A stretch of DNA of 64,000 nt from a virus. Position numbers and translations under genes: made by a program. The notes beneath the pieces were generated by a model. The model made no database searches. It had not been told where the DNA came from and was given only the letters and a program-made list of their open reading frames with translations. Of the stretch, positions 38,241 to 47,562 are shown piece after piece. Every line of letters starts with the position of its first letter. The stretch's first letter is position 1. The DNA lies in IMG/VR virus record IMGVR_UViG_3300032236_001457, positions 37,835 to 101,834 of that record, one strand, 5' to 3'.

Positions 38241-38789
38241 CTACATAGGACCTGTTTCATTAATTTTTTCTCCGTTTTGACTAAAATTAAAAGCGATTAC
38301 AGTTTTTCTTTTTTGTGAAATATTAGGCGGAGATCGATGTTCTAACCACCCTGGAAATATCAGCACATCACCTTCCTTAATACTAGGGAAAATTGGAGTA
38401 TTTGAAACATAATTTTTGAATTGAGTACCCGGAGATTTTTTATCAAGTTCTACATAGTAGATTCCAGACCATTGGTTATTATGAATATGAAATGAATGGT
38501 GATCCAATTTAATATATTGTTGATACCAAATATGGTTATCATGATCGATAAAACTACAATTAATTGGTAAGTCTTTTAATATTTCAGTTATAAACGGAGA
38601 TAGTATATTAAAATATTCTCTATTTTCTTTTTTTAAAAAATAGTCAGTTTTGTAAATAGTTTGATCAAAATCTGTTCTTCGTTGTCCTTCGTCCTTTTCT
38701 ATTATTTCTAATAGTTTTTCCTTAATTTCTAAATGTTCTTTTATAGGAACTATAAAATATGGAATTTCAAAGGTGCCGGTAAACAACAT
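38241..38789 (-). CDS. putative 2OG-Fe(II) oxygenase
   Basis: WYQQY, HSFHIH, SGIYY, IFPGWLEH, KTVIAFN. Confidence 0.8.
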   Translation of the reverse strand: MLFTGTFEIPYFIVPIKEHLEIKEKLLEIIEKDEGQRRTDFDQTIYKTDYFLKKENREYFNILSPFITEILKDLPINCSFIDHDNHIWYQQYIKLDHHSFHIHNNQWSGIYYVELDKKSPGTQFKNYVSNTPIFPSIKEGDVLIFPGWLEHRSPPNISQKRKTVIAFNFSQNGEKINETGPM

Positions 38790-38801
38790 AAATTATTTTG
38801 T

Positions 38802-38896
38802 TGGTAGTAGACCAGGGTTACGATCCCTGCCGTTCCAGCCCATCTGACCAGTCTCCGGGAATTATAAGGCCCCGCCGCACACCAGTGCTGTCTACC
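38802..38896 (-). tRNA. atypical class II tRNA with TAT anticodon (nominally Ile)
   Basis: GGTAGAC/GTCTACT-ACCA; D-arm GCAC-TGGT-GTGC; CTTATAA loop; long variable arm; T-arm CAGGG-ATCGTAA-CCCTG. Confidence 0.7.
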
Positions 38897-38899
38897 ATT

Positions 38900-39211
38900 T
38901 TACGATCTTCTTCGTCTAAATCTATATTCCATATCTTCCATTGCGCTGCGATTTTCGTATCTCACACGATCCCGTCTATTTTCGCTAGCAGTGCCCCAAT
39001 ATAGATGTTTTGGATTGCTACACTTACCGTTGTTACAAGCATGGCACACATGAATCATGTGTCCGCTAGGTATTGTTGTTTCCAACAAGTGAGCAAGCAA
39101 TCCTTTACAATATGTGCTACCACCGCCTCTTTCGATACAAGGATCGTCAAGATCCAAATGTTCTTGTCGCTGAACTTTTGGAAGTTCTATGTATTCGTAG
39201 ATGTTTCGCAT
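38900..39211 (-). CDS. His-Me finger (HNH/His-Cys box-like) endonuclease
   Basis: VCHACNNGKCSNPKHLYWGTASEN. Confidence 0.8.
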   Translation of the reverse strand: MRNIYEYIELPKVQRQEHLDLDDPCIERGGGSTYCKGLLAHLLETTIPSGHMIHVCHACNNGKCSNPKHLYWGTASENRRDRVRYENRSAMEDMEYRFRRRRS

Positions 39212-39231
39212 CCACTATTTACAGTGTATAT

Positions 39232-39260
39232 ATTATATGGTAGAAATTTGTGATTGTCAA
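39232..39260 (-). promoter_or_regulatory. perfect sigma70 promoter
   Basis: TTGACA-17 bp-TATAAT upstream of the HNH + tRNA(TAT) unit. Confidence 0.85.
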
Positions 39261-39267
39261 CGGCTAA

Positions 39268-39678
39268 TTAAATCAAAGCATCCAAATCTTCATGAGTTGT
39301 TGCAGCATCAACTGCTGCTTCTTTGGTCAGCATGGTTTGACGGGCTGTCTCTACTACAGATACATCGAGTTGTTGATTAGAATCAGCAGATAGTTGTTGT
39401 TCAAGTTGATCGTTTACAACCTTACGAAAATCTTGCTTTAATTTATTTTTCATTGAAATCTTACGTTCATCAACAGTAATGTCGGATGCATCCCAAATAA
39501 TCTGTACCGGATCGGTGTTCAAATCGAACCTGTGTGAATTGTATCTTTGACGATTTGGTGTAAGAGTAGGACGTATTTCAACGGCATTCCTCCATCCATT
39601 ATGCCCAACTCCTTCTGCAGGGGCTGTGTCCCAAACATCCTTAACTTCACCGTTTACTACTCTAACAAAATGTGTCAT
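39268..39678 (-). CDS. hypothetical protein, possibly tail-fibre assembly-like
   Basis: C-terminal VDAATTHEDLDAL; follows RCC1 protein. Confidence 0.4.
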   Translation of the reverse strand: MTHFVRVVNGEVKDVWDTAPAEGVGHNGWRNAVEIRPTLTPNRQRYNSHRFDLNTDPVQIIWDASDITVDERKISMKNKLKQDFRKVVNDQLEQQLSADSNQQLDVSVVETARQTMLTKEAAVDAATTHEDLDALI

Positions 39679-39704
39679 TTAAATCTCCTTTGTAAATGTT
39701 TTGT

Positions 39705-41471
39705 TTATGCTATTTTTCTCAATTTCGAACCTTTAAGCAACTGTTTGACTCGCTTGAACGGATGTGTCCAATCTCCAAAAACTTCTTGCCTAATTAAACG
39801 CATTGAGTCGTAATACGGTGTTCGATCGCCATCCATAGCATATAGGAAATACGGCATCACTGGAACAATGACCCAGGTCTCTACACCCATCGCTGCTGCC
39901 AAATGACTTACACTAGTGCAGGAAGAAATAATTAAATCGCATGATGCTATGGCCTGTTGAGTATCCCTCCATGTGTCTAAAGGCACTTGTTTAACCCAAT
40001 CAGGACATGCATCAGCTCCTTCATCGCGTTGCAGACTGACAAACTCGGCATCAACATTCTCAACAGCATCGAACATTAGATCATAAGGAAATTTCTTATG
40101 ATGCTCGTGCTCAAATCGAGATTGGCCCTGCCATCTTAATCCTATGCGTTTTTTACGTCCCTTAATAGCGATTGGTTTTTCAATATATTGTTTACCGGAT
40201 AAGTCTTTCAGTGATAATCCTAATGGAACCACGGCCGACATTCCGGCGACCCAATAGTCATGATAAATGCCAAAGGCAGCTTCATGCTGCACTACTGCAC
40301 TGACTCCTTCGACTCCTACAAACAAACCAACTAAAGAACCACTAGCAGCAACCACAACATGGCATCCGCGTTCGGCGATATTTTTAGCATAGCGTATTTG
40401 ATGTATTTGATCACCTAGCCCGCCTTCCAAATATAACAACACAATTCCACGTTCTCTACCTGTCCATTGCGGGGTAGGAACGTTAGGCCGTTGATTGCCA
40501 AATACCCCAACTATTCGTCCCCGATCCATTAGTTCATAGCCTTTTTGAATTTGACCCTGGCGTAGATAATACCATCCTCGATTGTATGCGGCACGATGGT
40601 TATTAGGTTGTTCTAATTCAATCTTCTGTGCTAATCTCCACCCTTCGGCAAAGTTACCTATAGTGGATGCTGTTAATTGTAGATCAAGGTCCTGCACTTC
40701 AAGAACAGTGCGGGGGCTGTCCAACCAAAATTCAGGTTGGCAAAAATCTGGATAATAGTGTTTTAAAACATCGCGAGGATCTTGATTGTGCTGTCGAGCT
40801 AGCACTGGTTTGATGTCATGCATGCCTGCATACCCATGTAGGTTTTCATCATCCTCCTTGACCGTGGATCCATCTATATTTTTAAAATCATATTCGAATG
40901 GATCTAATTCTAAAAATTCGTGTATGCGATCTAACTCAGTTTTAGGATCTTTGATTAGATCTTCATATTCAACGAATAGAAAGTTTTCCGGAGACTGCTG
41001 ATATCCGTCCTGCAGACTAATATAGGCCGCACGAAGATGATCCATTAATCCGCCATTGGCCATGAAATGATCAAGATTGTCAGGATTAGCTATACGCACA
41101 AATGAAGCAGCACAGTCCGGAATAGATCGCACAGTGGCAATGATTCTTGGAGGACGCTCTATTACCTGCGACATAGCACTCATGATTTCAGCAATAGGCC
41201 AACCACGACTTTTATCAATGACAACAGGCTTGGCAGTATCTTGATAAAAAGCGTCAATTAACCCACGCATGGTCTGAGCAAGTTTCTTTCGTTCAGGATC
41301 ATTTTCGCCCAACAATTCTGCAGAATGCCAAGTAGTTGCCAGTCCATTCAATGCAGCAACTAGTCCTGAGGTAGTAGAAACATGCACCGCAGGATTTTGG
41401 TTCAATATGGCCGCAAGAACAGTAGATCCGCTACGTGGAATACCGGATAAAAAATGTAGTGTTTTATTCAT
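39705..41471 (-). CDS. sulfotransferase fused to TPR/GT9-like domain
   Basis: PRSGST PAPS-binding motif, VEYEDL; GGLGDQI, DLIISSCTSVSHLAAAMG. Confidence 0.8.
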   Translation of the reverse strand: MNKTLHFLSGIPRSGSTVLAAILNQNPAVHVSTTSGLVAALNGLATTWHSAELLGENDPERKKLAQTMRGLIDAFYQDTAKPVVIDKSRGWPIAEIMSAMSQVIERPPRIIATVRSIPDCAASFVRIANPDNLDHFMANGGLMDHLRAAYISLQDGYQQSPENFLFVEYEDLIKDPKTELDRIHEFLELDPFEYDFKNIDGSTVKEDDENLHGYAGMHDIKPVLARQHNQDPRDVLKHYYPDFCQPEFWLDSPRTVLEVQDLDLQLTASTIGNFAEGWRLAQKIELEQPNNHRAAYNRGWYYLRQGQIQKGYELMDRGRIVGVFGNQRPNVPTPQWTGRERGIVLLYLEGGLGDQIHQIRYAKNIAERGCHVVVAASGSLVGLFVGVEGVSAVVQHEAAFGIYHDYWVAGMSAVVPLGLSLKDLSGKQYIEKPIAIKGRKKRIGLRWQGQSRFEHEHHKKFPYDLMFDAVENVDAEFVSLQRDEGADACPDWVKQVPLDTWRDTQQAIASCDLIISSCTSVSHLAAAMGVETWVIVPVMPYFLYAMDGDRTPYYDSMRLIRQEVFGDWTHPFKRVKQLLKGSKLRKIA

Positions 41472-41479
41472 GCGTATAC

Positions 41480-42670
41480 TTATGTCGAGATCGCTGCCGA
41501 GACACTAGTTCCCATATTTGATTCAGGCAACTTGATCCACGTGGTCAACGCACCAACCTGCACTGGAGAATTATAATCGGTAGAACCGCCAAGACCCAAC
41601 TGACCATAATATCCACGGCCCCATGCCCATAATGTACCGTTAGTTTTGAGAGCAAGCGTATGATCATACCCGGTAGCAACACTGAGCCAATTGGTCAATG
41701 CACCAACTTGAGTGGGAGAAGATCGACCTAACGCATCACCTACTCCTAGTGGGGTACCATCACCCCACGCCCATAGTGTACCATCTGTTTTTACCGCAAG
41801 TGTGTGATAACGAGATGCAGTGACACTTAACCAATTAGTTAACGCTCCGACCTGTACTGGCGATTGATAATAAGTTAGATTACCTAATCCTAATTCACCG
41901 CTGGAATTTTTACCCCATGTCCATAATGTCCCATCAGACTTGACAGCAGCCATATGATAGGTTCCACAGGCAACATCTGTCCATGTAGTCAACGCTCCTA
42001 CTTGGTTTGGGGAAGATTTCACAGTATATGAACCAATCCCTAGCTGCCCACTGCTGTTCTGTCCCCACGTCCACAATGTCCCATTGGTCTTAATGGCAGC
42101 AGTGTTGAGCTTGCCTTTGACAATCTTCGACCAATTGGTTAACGCACCGACTTGTTTGGGTGAACTATAGGCTGTTGTATTGCCTAAACCGAGATTTCCA
42201 GTATTTCCCGATCCCCATGACCATAAAGTACCATCAGTCTTGACAGCAGCCATACTGATCAATGAAGTACTGCCCTTACTGACAGAAATCTTACTCCAAT
42301 TAGTTAGTGCGCCAACCTGCTTAGGAGAACTGTAACCAGTTATGTTACCTAATCCAAGGTTTCCAGATCCTCCACTACCCCATGTCCATAATGTGCCATC
42401 GGTTTTAACGGCACCCATACTGTATCCACCGGTGGCAATGGCTGTCCAAGTGGTTAATGCGCCAACTTGGTTTGGAGAATATTTTATTACCTTGTTGTTA
42501 AGACCTAGTTGACCACTGCTATTAGTACCCCATGTATACAATTTTCCATTGGTGGCACCGCCTCCGCCGCCACCTCCGCCACCTGCTACAGGTCTCGGTG
42601 TGGCTGTCATTTTATGAGCTCTTGTAGGACCTCCGGTTCCAAATGTACCTTTTCTCCAGATCGTTGCCAT
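41480..42670 (-). CDS. RCC1-repeat beta-propeller protein
   Basis: Seven ~50-aa repeats KTDGTLWxWG...GxLG...SSPxQVGALTxW; poly-Gly linker. Confidence 0.9.
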   Translation of the reverse strand: MATIWRKGTFGTGGPTRAHKMTATPRPVAGGGGGGGGGATNGKLYTWGTNSSGQLGLNNKVIKYSPNQVGALTTWTAIATGGYSMGAVKTDGTLWTWGSGGSGNLGLGNITGYSSPKQVGALTNWSKISVSKGSTSLISMAAVKTDGTLWSWGSGNTGNLGLGNTTAYSSPKQVGALTNWSKIVKGKLNTAAIKTNGTLWTWGQNSSGQLGIGSYTVKSSPNQVGALTTWTDVACGTYHMAAVKSDGTLWTWGKNSSGELGLGNLTYYQSPVQVGALTNWLSVTASRYHTLAVKTDGTLWAWGDGTPLGVGDALGRSSPTQVGALTNWLSVATGYDHTLALKTNGTLWAWGRGYYGQLGLGGSTDYNSPVQVGALTTWIKLPESNMGTSVSAAIST

Positions 42671-42755
42671 CGATGTCTCCTTAATATTGAGTATTTAGTG
42701 TTTTTTCAATATCAAATTCGTTGACTCTTAGCGGTAAGTGTGTTTAAATAGCAGG

Positions 42756-43544
42756 ATGAAAAGAAATCTTTTAGTTGTACTAAGAACTTGTACAATAATA
42801 AATTCCGCTAGTAAAAGCGACAGATATATCCCAGTTAGCAAACACGAGTTAGTTAAGGTCTGTATCAGTAGTCTAGTTAACAGTATTAACCAAGTTGCGG
42901 ACCACGATGTTAAACTTATAGTGTTAGATGATCACAGCAGCCCAGAGGCTGTAGCAGATATCACTAATATTATTTCACACTGCCGGTTTCCAGTTGAGTT
43001 CATTCCTGTAACGGATGGAACAGGCAATGGACACACTATGGGCCGTGTTTACGAACAGGTAGAAAAACATTGCACAGATCTTTGGTATCATATCGAAGAC
43101 GATTATCTACACGTTCCGGAAGCCATTAACGACATGATTGAGTCGGTGGATCAATTTGAAGGTAATACTGGAAAATTGGTAGCTATCAATCCGCATGATG
43201 ATATTTGGCGATATACCAAACAGATTTACGAAAGTTTCCTGTTGTTAGGACCATATCGTCACTATAGAACAGTTAGACATACTACCTACACCTGCTTGGC
43301 CAGTCGTGCTTTGTTTGATCGATACAGGGAAGTATTTCGTGCCCTAGTTGATTTGACTATACAGGATGCCGGTTGGGTCGAAGATCGATCCATCAATCAA
43401 ATTTGGAATCAACCGGATGTCATGTTGTTCAGTCCTATTCCCGGATTAGGATTTCACATTATGGATGAAAGCGGACGTGATCCTTATATTGATATTATGG
43501 CTATATGGAATAGTGTGCCAAAATTATGGTTGGAGACCAAATGA
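42756..43544 (+). CDS. GT2-like glycosyltransferase
   Basis: VLDDHS, YHIEDDYLH; TTAAATA directly upstream of ATG 42756. Confidence 0.7.
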   Translation: MKRNLLVVLRTCTIINSASKSDRYIPVSKHELVKVCISSLVNSINQVADHDVKLIVLDDHSSPEAVADITNIISHCRFPVEFIPVTDGTGNGHTMGRVYEQVEKHCTDLWYHIEDDYLHVPEAINDMIESVDQFEGNTGKLVAINPHDDIWRYTKQIYESFLLLGPYRHYRTVRHTTYTCLASRALFDRYREVFRALVDLTIQDAGWVEDRSINQIWNQPDVMLFSPIPGLGFHIMDESGRDPYIDIMAIWNSVPKLWLETK

Positions 43545-44386
43545 AAATTTACGATTGTTTTACTTTTTTTAATGAATTAGATCTGCTAGAAATCAGGCTA
43601 CAAGAGCTGTATGATACTGTAGATTATTTTGTAATTGCCGAAGCCAATATGAGTCACAGTGGTAAGCCCAAGGGATATACACTTTTAGAAAATTGGGAGA
43701 GATTTGCGCCATGGCATGATAAAATCCGTCGTATCGCAGTAGATGACATGCCTGTTACCAATAACAGTTGGGTTAGAGAAAAGTTTCAGCGTGATGCGTT
43801 GTCAAGAGGATTGACTGATCTCGAATCAGATGATCTCATTATAGTCAGCGACTTGGATGAAATTCCACGAGCAGAAATCATTGCAATGATTCGTGAGGAC
43901 GAGAATCGGTATGAACGTTATGTATTGCGTGTTCCCTTATTCCGTTACAAGTTTAATTTCCTAAAATGGCATCAACCTGTGATCAATAATCAAATGATTG
44001 TTACCAGGGCCCATGTGTTTACTCATCCCGAAAAAGAGCGTGATTATACTCATGCTTGGTTACCACCTGCTCCAGATTTTGTCTATGTTGATCATGCCGG
44101 ATGGCATTTTAGTTATTTGGGCGATGATCGCAACGCAGTCCATAAATTACAGAACTTTGCTCATACCGAACAGAACATTCCAGAGATTGTAGATGTGTTT
44201 AGCATTGATCGTATGATCGCAGAAAAGTGCGGGCCTAATCCCAACGATCCGGAAAAGTTTGAGCATGTGGTCATGGATGATTATTTTCCTGCTTGTATTG
44301 TGAATAACATGGAAAAATACAGTCATTTGATTATACCCAATGCAACTGCAAATGTTACTGATTTTTATCCAATGGGTGAAGAATGA
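43541..44386 (+). CDS. GT17-like glycosyltransferase
   Basis: FFNELDLLEIRL, SDLDEIP, GWHFSY. Confidence 0.85.
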   Translation: MKIYDCFTFFNELDLLEIRLQELYDTVDYFVIAEANMSHSGKPKGYTLLENWERFAPWHDKIRRIAVDDMPVTNNSWVREKFQRDALSRGLTDLESDDLIIVSDLDEIPRAEIIAMIREDENRYERYVLRVPLFRYKFNFLKWHQPVINNQMIVTRAHVFTHPEKERDYTHAWLPPAPDFVYVDHAGWHFSYLGDDRNAVHKLQNFAHTEQNIPEIVDVFSIDRMIAEKCGPNPNDPEKFEHVVMDDYFPACIVNNMEKYSHLIIPNATANVTDFYPMGEE

Positions 44387-45267
44387 AAGTTTATGACGTA
44401 TTCTCTTTCTATAATGAATTTGACATTTTAGAAATACGACTAAAAGAGTTATGGGATACTGTTGACCATTTTGTGTTGCTCGAAGCCAGCACAACCTTTG
44501 TTGGGAATCCAAAAGAATATCTTTTTGAAAAAAATAAAGAACGTTTTGCTCCATACATGAGTAAAATTAGGCATATCAAATTAGATGATTCTATTGAAAT
44601 GCAGAAACAGGTTTTTCCAAGAGAGATTGACGATACCTGGGTTCGTGAAAAGTATCAGAGATACGCTGCTCGTACAGCGTTACATGATATCGGTCCTGAT
44701 GATATTATTGTTATCAGTGATTGCGATGAAATACCTCGTGCCGATATGATCGAATTGATCAAAGAAGATGAAAACGATTATGATCGATATATTTTGTATG
44801 TTGCTCAGTTCAACTACAAAATTAACTATATGAAAATTCAAAATCCCAGTAGGCATCCAGCAATCATAGCAACCAGAGGAAGAGTATTCACTAACCCTCA
44901 ACAAGAAAGAGAATATTCGTTCTATTGGAATCAGAAGCCAGAAAACACCATCGGAGTAGATCACGGCGGGTGGCATTTTACATATTTCGGTGATGAAAGG
45001 CATTGTGTCAACAAGATTCAAAACTTTGCTCACACTGAACAAAATAATCCTAACATAATTGACGAATTTAGTATTGAGTGGATGATTCGTAACAAGTATG
45101 GGCATGAAGGCATAGATAGCAAAGACAATGAAAGATTTGAATATGTAATTATTGATGAATACTTTCCTAAATGTATCACCGACAATATCAACGATTGGGC
45201 AGATATGATCATTCCCGATGCTGTATTTCGAGTAGAAGATTTATATCGAACCAACGAGAACAATTAA
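44383..45267 (+). CDS. GT17-like glycosyltransferase (tandem paralog)
   Basis: FYNEFDILEIRL, SDCDEIP, GWHFTY. Confidence 0.85.
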   Translation: MKVYDVFSFYNEFDILEIRLKELWDTVDHFVLLEASTTFVGNPKEYLFEKNKERFAPYMSKIRHIKLDDSIEMQKQVFPREIDDTWVREKYQRYAARTALHDIGPDDIIVISDCDEIPRADMIELIKEDENDYDRYILYVAQFNYKINYMKIQNPSRHPAIIATRGRVFTNPQQEREYSFYWNQKPENTIGVDHGGWHFTYFGDERHCVNKIQNFAHTEQNNPNIIDEFSIEWMIRNKYGHEGIDSKDNERFEYVIIDEYFPKCITDNINDWADMIIPDAVFRVEDLYRTNENN

Positions 45268-45268
45268 A

Positions 45269-46006
45269 ATGAAAATACCCCCGAAGAATGTTCCGCATAG
45301 CCCAACCCCTGATCAAGAAACATCTATAGTGTTTGCCGGAGAGTGGGATTCTGAATTATCTGCTAAAATGCAAAATGCGTGGTTTAGTTCTATTGCTATG
45401 GAATTTAAACTGCCAGATTGGATAAGATACATGGAAGGTGCTAGTGGCAAAAAATACAGATACTTTATCAATAATTTTATCGAATCTATAGATGATGCTA
45501 GGTATTTAGAAATAGGCACTTGGGCAGGGTCAACAGCTTGCTCTGCTTTATATGGGAATAAAGTTAAAACTATTTGCATAGATAATTGGGCAGAATTTGG
45601 CGGACCAAAAGATCGATTCTTTTCCAATATTGAAAAGGTGCGATCGCCTGATATAGATTTTTCATTCATTGAAAGTGATTTTAATTTAGTCGATTATACA
45701 GATATTGGAAAATTTAATATCTATATGTATGACGGAGATCATTCTGAAGAATGTCAATATAAAGGAATTGCACATGTTCTTCCTGCACTTGACGACGATT
45801 TTGTGTTAATCGTCGATGATTGGAATTGGGAAAGAGTTAGAGTGGGCACATTAAATGCTATCAAAGACAACAATTTAGAAATAATCTCTAGTATAGAAAT
45901 ACGAACCATGCAAGAAGAAGTTTGGTGGGCACCCGATGTGTTAGGAGCAAATAGCGATTGGCATAATGGATATTTTATAGCAGTAATTAAAAAAGGTAAT
46001 CAATGA
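45269..46006 (+). CDS. class I SAM methyltransferase
   Basis: YLEIGTWAGST, YDGDH, IVDDWNW. Confidence 0.8.
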   Translation: MKIPPKNVPHSPTPDQETSIVFAGEWDSELSAKMQNAWFSSIAMEFKLPDWIRYMEGASGKKYRYFINNFIESIDDARYLEIGTWAGSTACSALYGNKVKTICIDNWAEFGGPKDRFFSNIEKVRSPDIDFSFIESDFNLVDYTDIGKFNIYMYDGDHSEECQYKGIAHVLPALDDDFVLIVDDWNWERVRVGTLNAIKDNNLEIISSIEIRTMQEEVWWAPDVLGANSDWHNGYFIAVIKKGNQ

Positions 46007-46779
46007 CAACTTTTTCACATTCTGGCACAACTGGAGACACTTTCTGTGCCTTGGTCATTCCAAAGATTTTCGGAGAGGGCGAAGTATACCTCAAGTTGAA
46101 TAATATTCAAAATGTAGTTACCAGTAAACTAGGTTGGGGTGATGTCGGCCGACATCGTGGTCGAATGACCGCAGAAGATTACGACCTCATGCGTGAACTA
46201 ATTTTACATCAAAAATACGTTACTGATTTTAAAATCTGGAACGGTGAAACTATTGACTATGAGTTAGAAGATGCTTATGATCATTTAGAAACAGGCTTCT
46301 TCCCTAGAAATTTCAGTAACCAGTATGCTCTAGCAGTTGGGCTTGATCCTAAAAAACACTATAAAGAATTACAGATGCTGCCTTGGATGGAGTGTCGAGA
46401 AGAAAGAAAGTTTCCAGGTCGCCCGGTTGTCATACATCGTAGTCCTAATTATCAAGAAGGCAATCCAGTAGATAGTCCAAAATGGAAAGGATTTATCCAA
46501 CGTGGACTGATTGAACAGGCAGTGTTTGTTGGTGGCGAAAGCGATCATGCGTATTTTGAAGAGACTTTCAAAGTTCGTGTCCCTCATTATAGAACACCAG
46601 ACTGGATGGAATTAGCCCGTGTTATTCAAGGCAGTGAATTGATGATTACCAGTATGGGTGGTCCTAGTGCATTATGTCTATGCTTGGGCAAGACTATGAT
46701 GTTAGAAAGTCGTAAGAATGAAACCCATGAAAGACTGGAAATTAATTATCCTTCAAGGATCAACATTCAGTATTTTTAA
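46003..46779 (+). CDS. GT9-like glycosyltransferase
   Basis: HSGTTGD, ELARVIQGSELMI. Confidence 0.55.
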   Translation: MTTFSHSGTTGDTFCALVIPKIFGEGEVYLKLNNIQNVVTSKLGWGDVGRHRGRMTAEDYDLMRELILHQKYVTDFKIWNGETIDYELEDAYDHLETGFFPRNFSNQYALAVGLDPKKHYKELQMLPWMECREERKFPGRPVVIHRSPNYQEGNPVDSPKWKGFIQRGLIEQAVFVGGESDHAYFEETFKVRVPHYRTPDWMELARVIQGSELMITSMGGPSALCLCLGKTMMLESRKNETHERLEINYPSRINIQYF

Positions 46780-47498
46780 TTGCTATCGCCTCTGAGAGAT
46801 ACGATAAAATCACCGTGAGTTAGTGGAACACGATTTACCAATAGATACAATGCCAATGCACTTTCAGTATGCCATTGCCGTCTGTTCTGTGTGAAAAAGT
46901 TTTGTTGAGCGGTTTGAATCATTCCACTATAGATATTCATATGTTCGGCTGAAGCAATTGCAAACAAGTCACACATTTCTGGACTATTGATACTAAAATG
47001 AAAGTGCCCAGCAACTTTATTTTTAGGTGTAACGATAGCCATTTTTAACAGATCAAGATTTATACCACGCAGATCCAACACATTGACTAGCCCAGTATCA
47101 GGTCTTGTTCTTATAACCATGTCGTAGGTAACATTGTTTTGCTGTTCATACTTTAATCGAAGTTGGTTAACCTGAAACATGTTATACCACATTTTATAAG
47201 CAGGAGTTGGCACACCGTTGGGTTCTGTCGGGAGATCAATATAATCACTATCAGACAGTTCGAATGATTTTACATAATTATTTTTTGGTAGTATCGATTC
47301 TAAATAGTCTGATGTTTTTTTAGTATCGGTTATTTCTCTCCAAATGTTTGATGGTAATTTTTCAGGAGGAAGATGACGATTGTCCCCGGTGAAGTAACAA
47401 AACCAATCTGCTTGATCGTAACCTGTTAGATTGTTTAGAAAGTTAGTGAAATCGGAAGTAAAGCGTGGTTGTCCACAAATTTGTATAGCAATTCTCAT
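46776..47498 (-). CDS. glycosyltransferase-like protein (GQPRF...IRxRxD family)
   Basis: Start MRIAIQICGQPRF at 47498; YDMVIRTRPD. Confidence 0.6.
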   Translation of the reverse strand: MRIAIQICGQPRFTSDFTNFLNNLTGYDQADWFCYFTGDNRHLPPEKLPSNIWREITDTKKTSDYLESILPKNNYVKSFELSDSDYIDLPTEPNGVPTPAYKMWYNMFQVNQLRLKYEQQNNVTYDMVIRTRPDTGLVNVLDLRGINLDLLKMAIVTPKNKVAGHFHFSINSPEMCDLFAIASAEHMNIYSGMIQTAQQNFFTQNRRQWHTESALALYLLVNRVPLTHGDFIVSLRGDSN

Positions 47499-47562
47499 AT
47501 CATTATTTAAACGCATTAAAACATAGAAAAATAAATATTGAGTCCTATTATAAAGCATAAAA

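Noticed and set aside
41480-42670. Diversity-generating retroelement target in RCC1 repeats
   Set aside because: Repeats are ordinary propeller blades; no reverse transcriptase or adenine-specific template/variable pair seen
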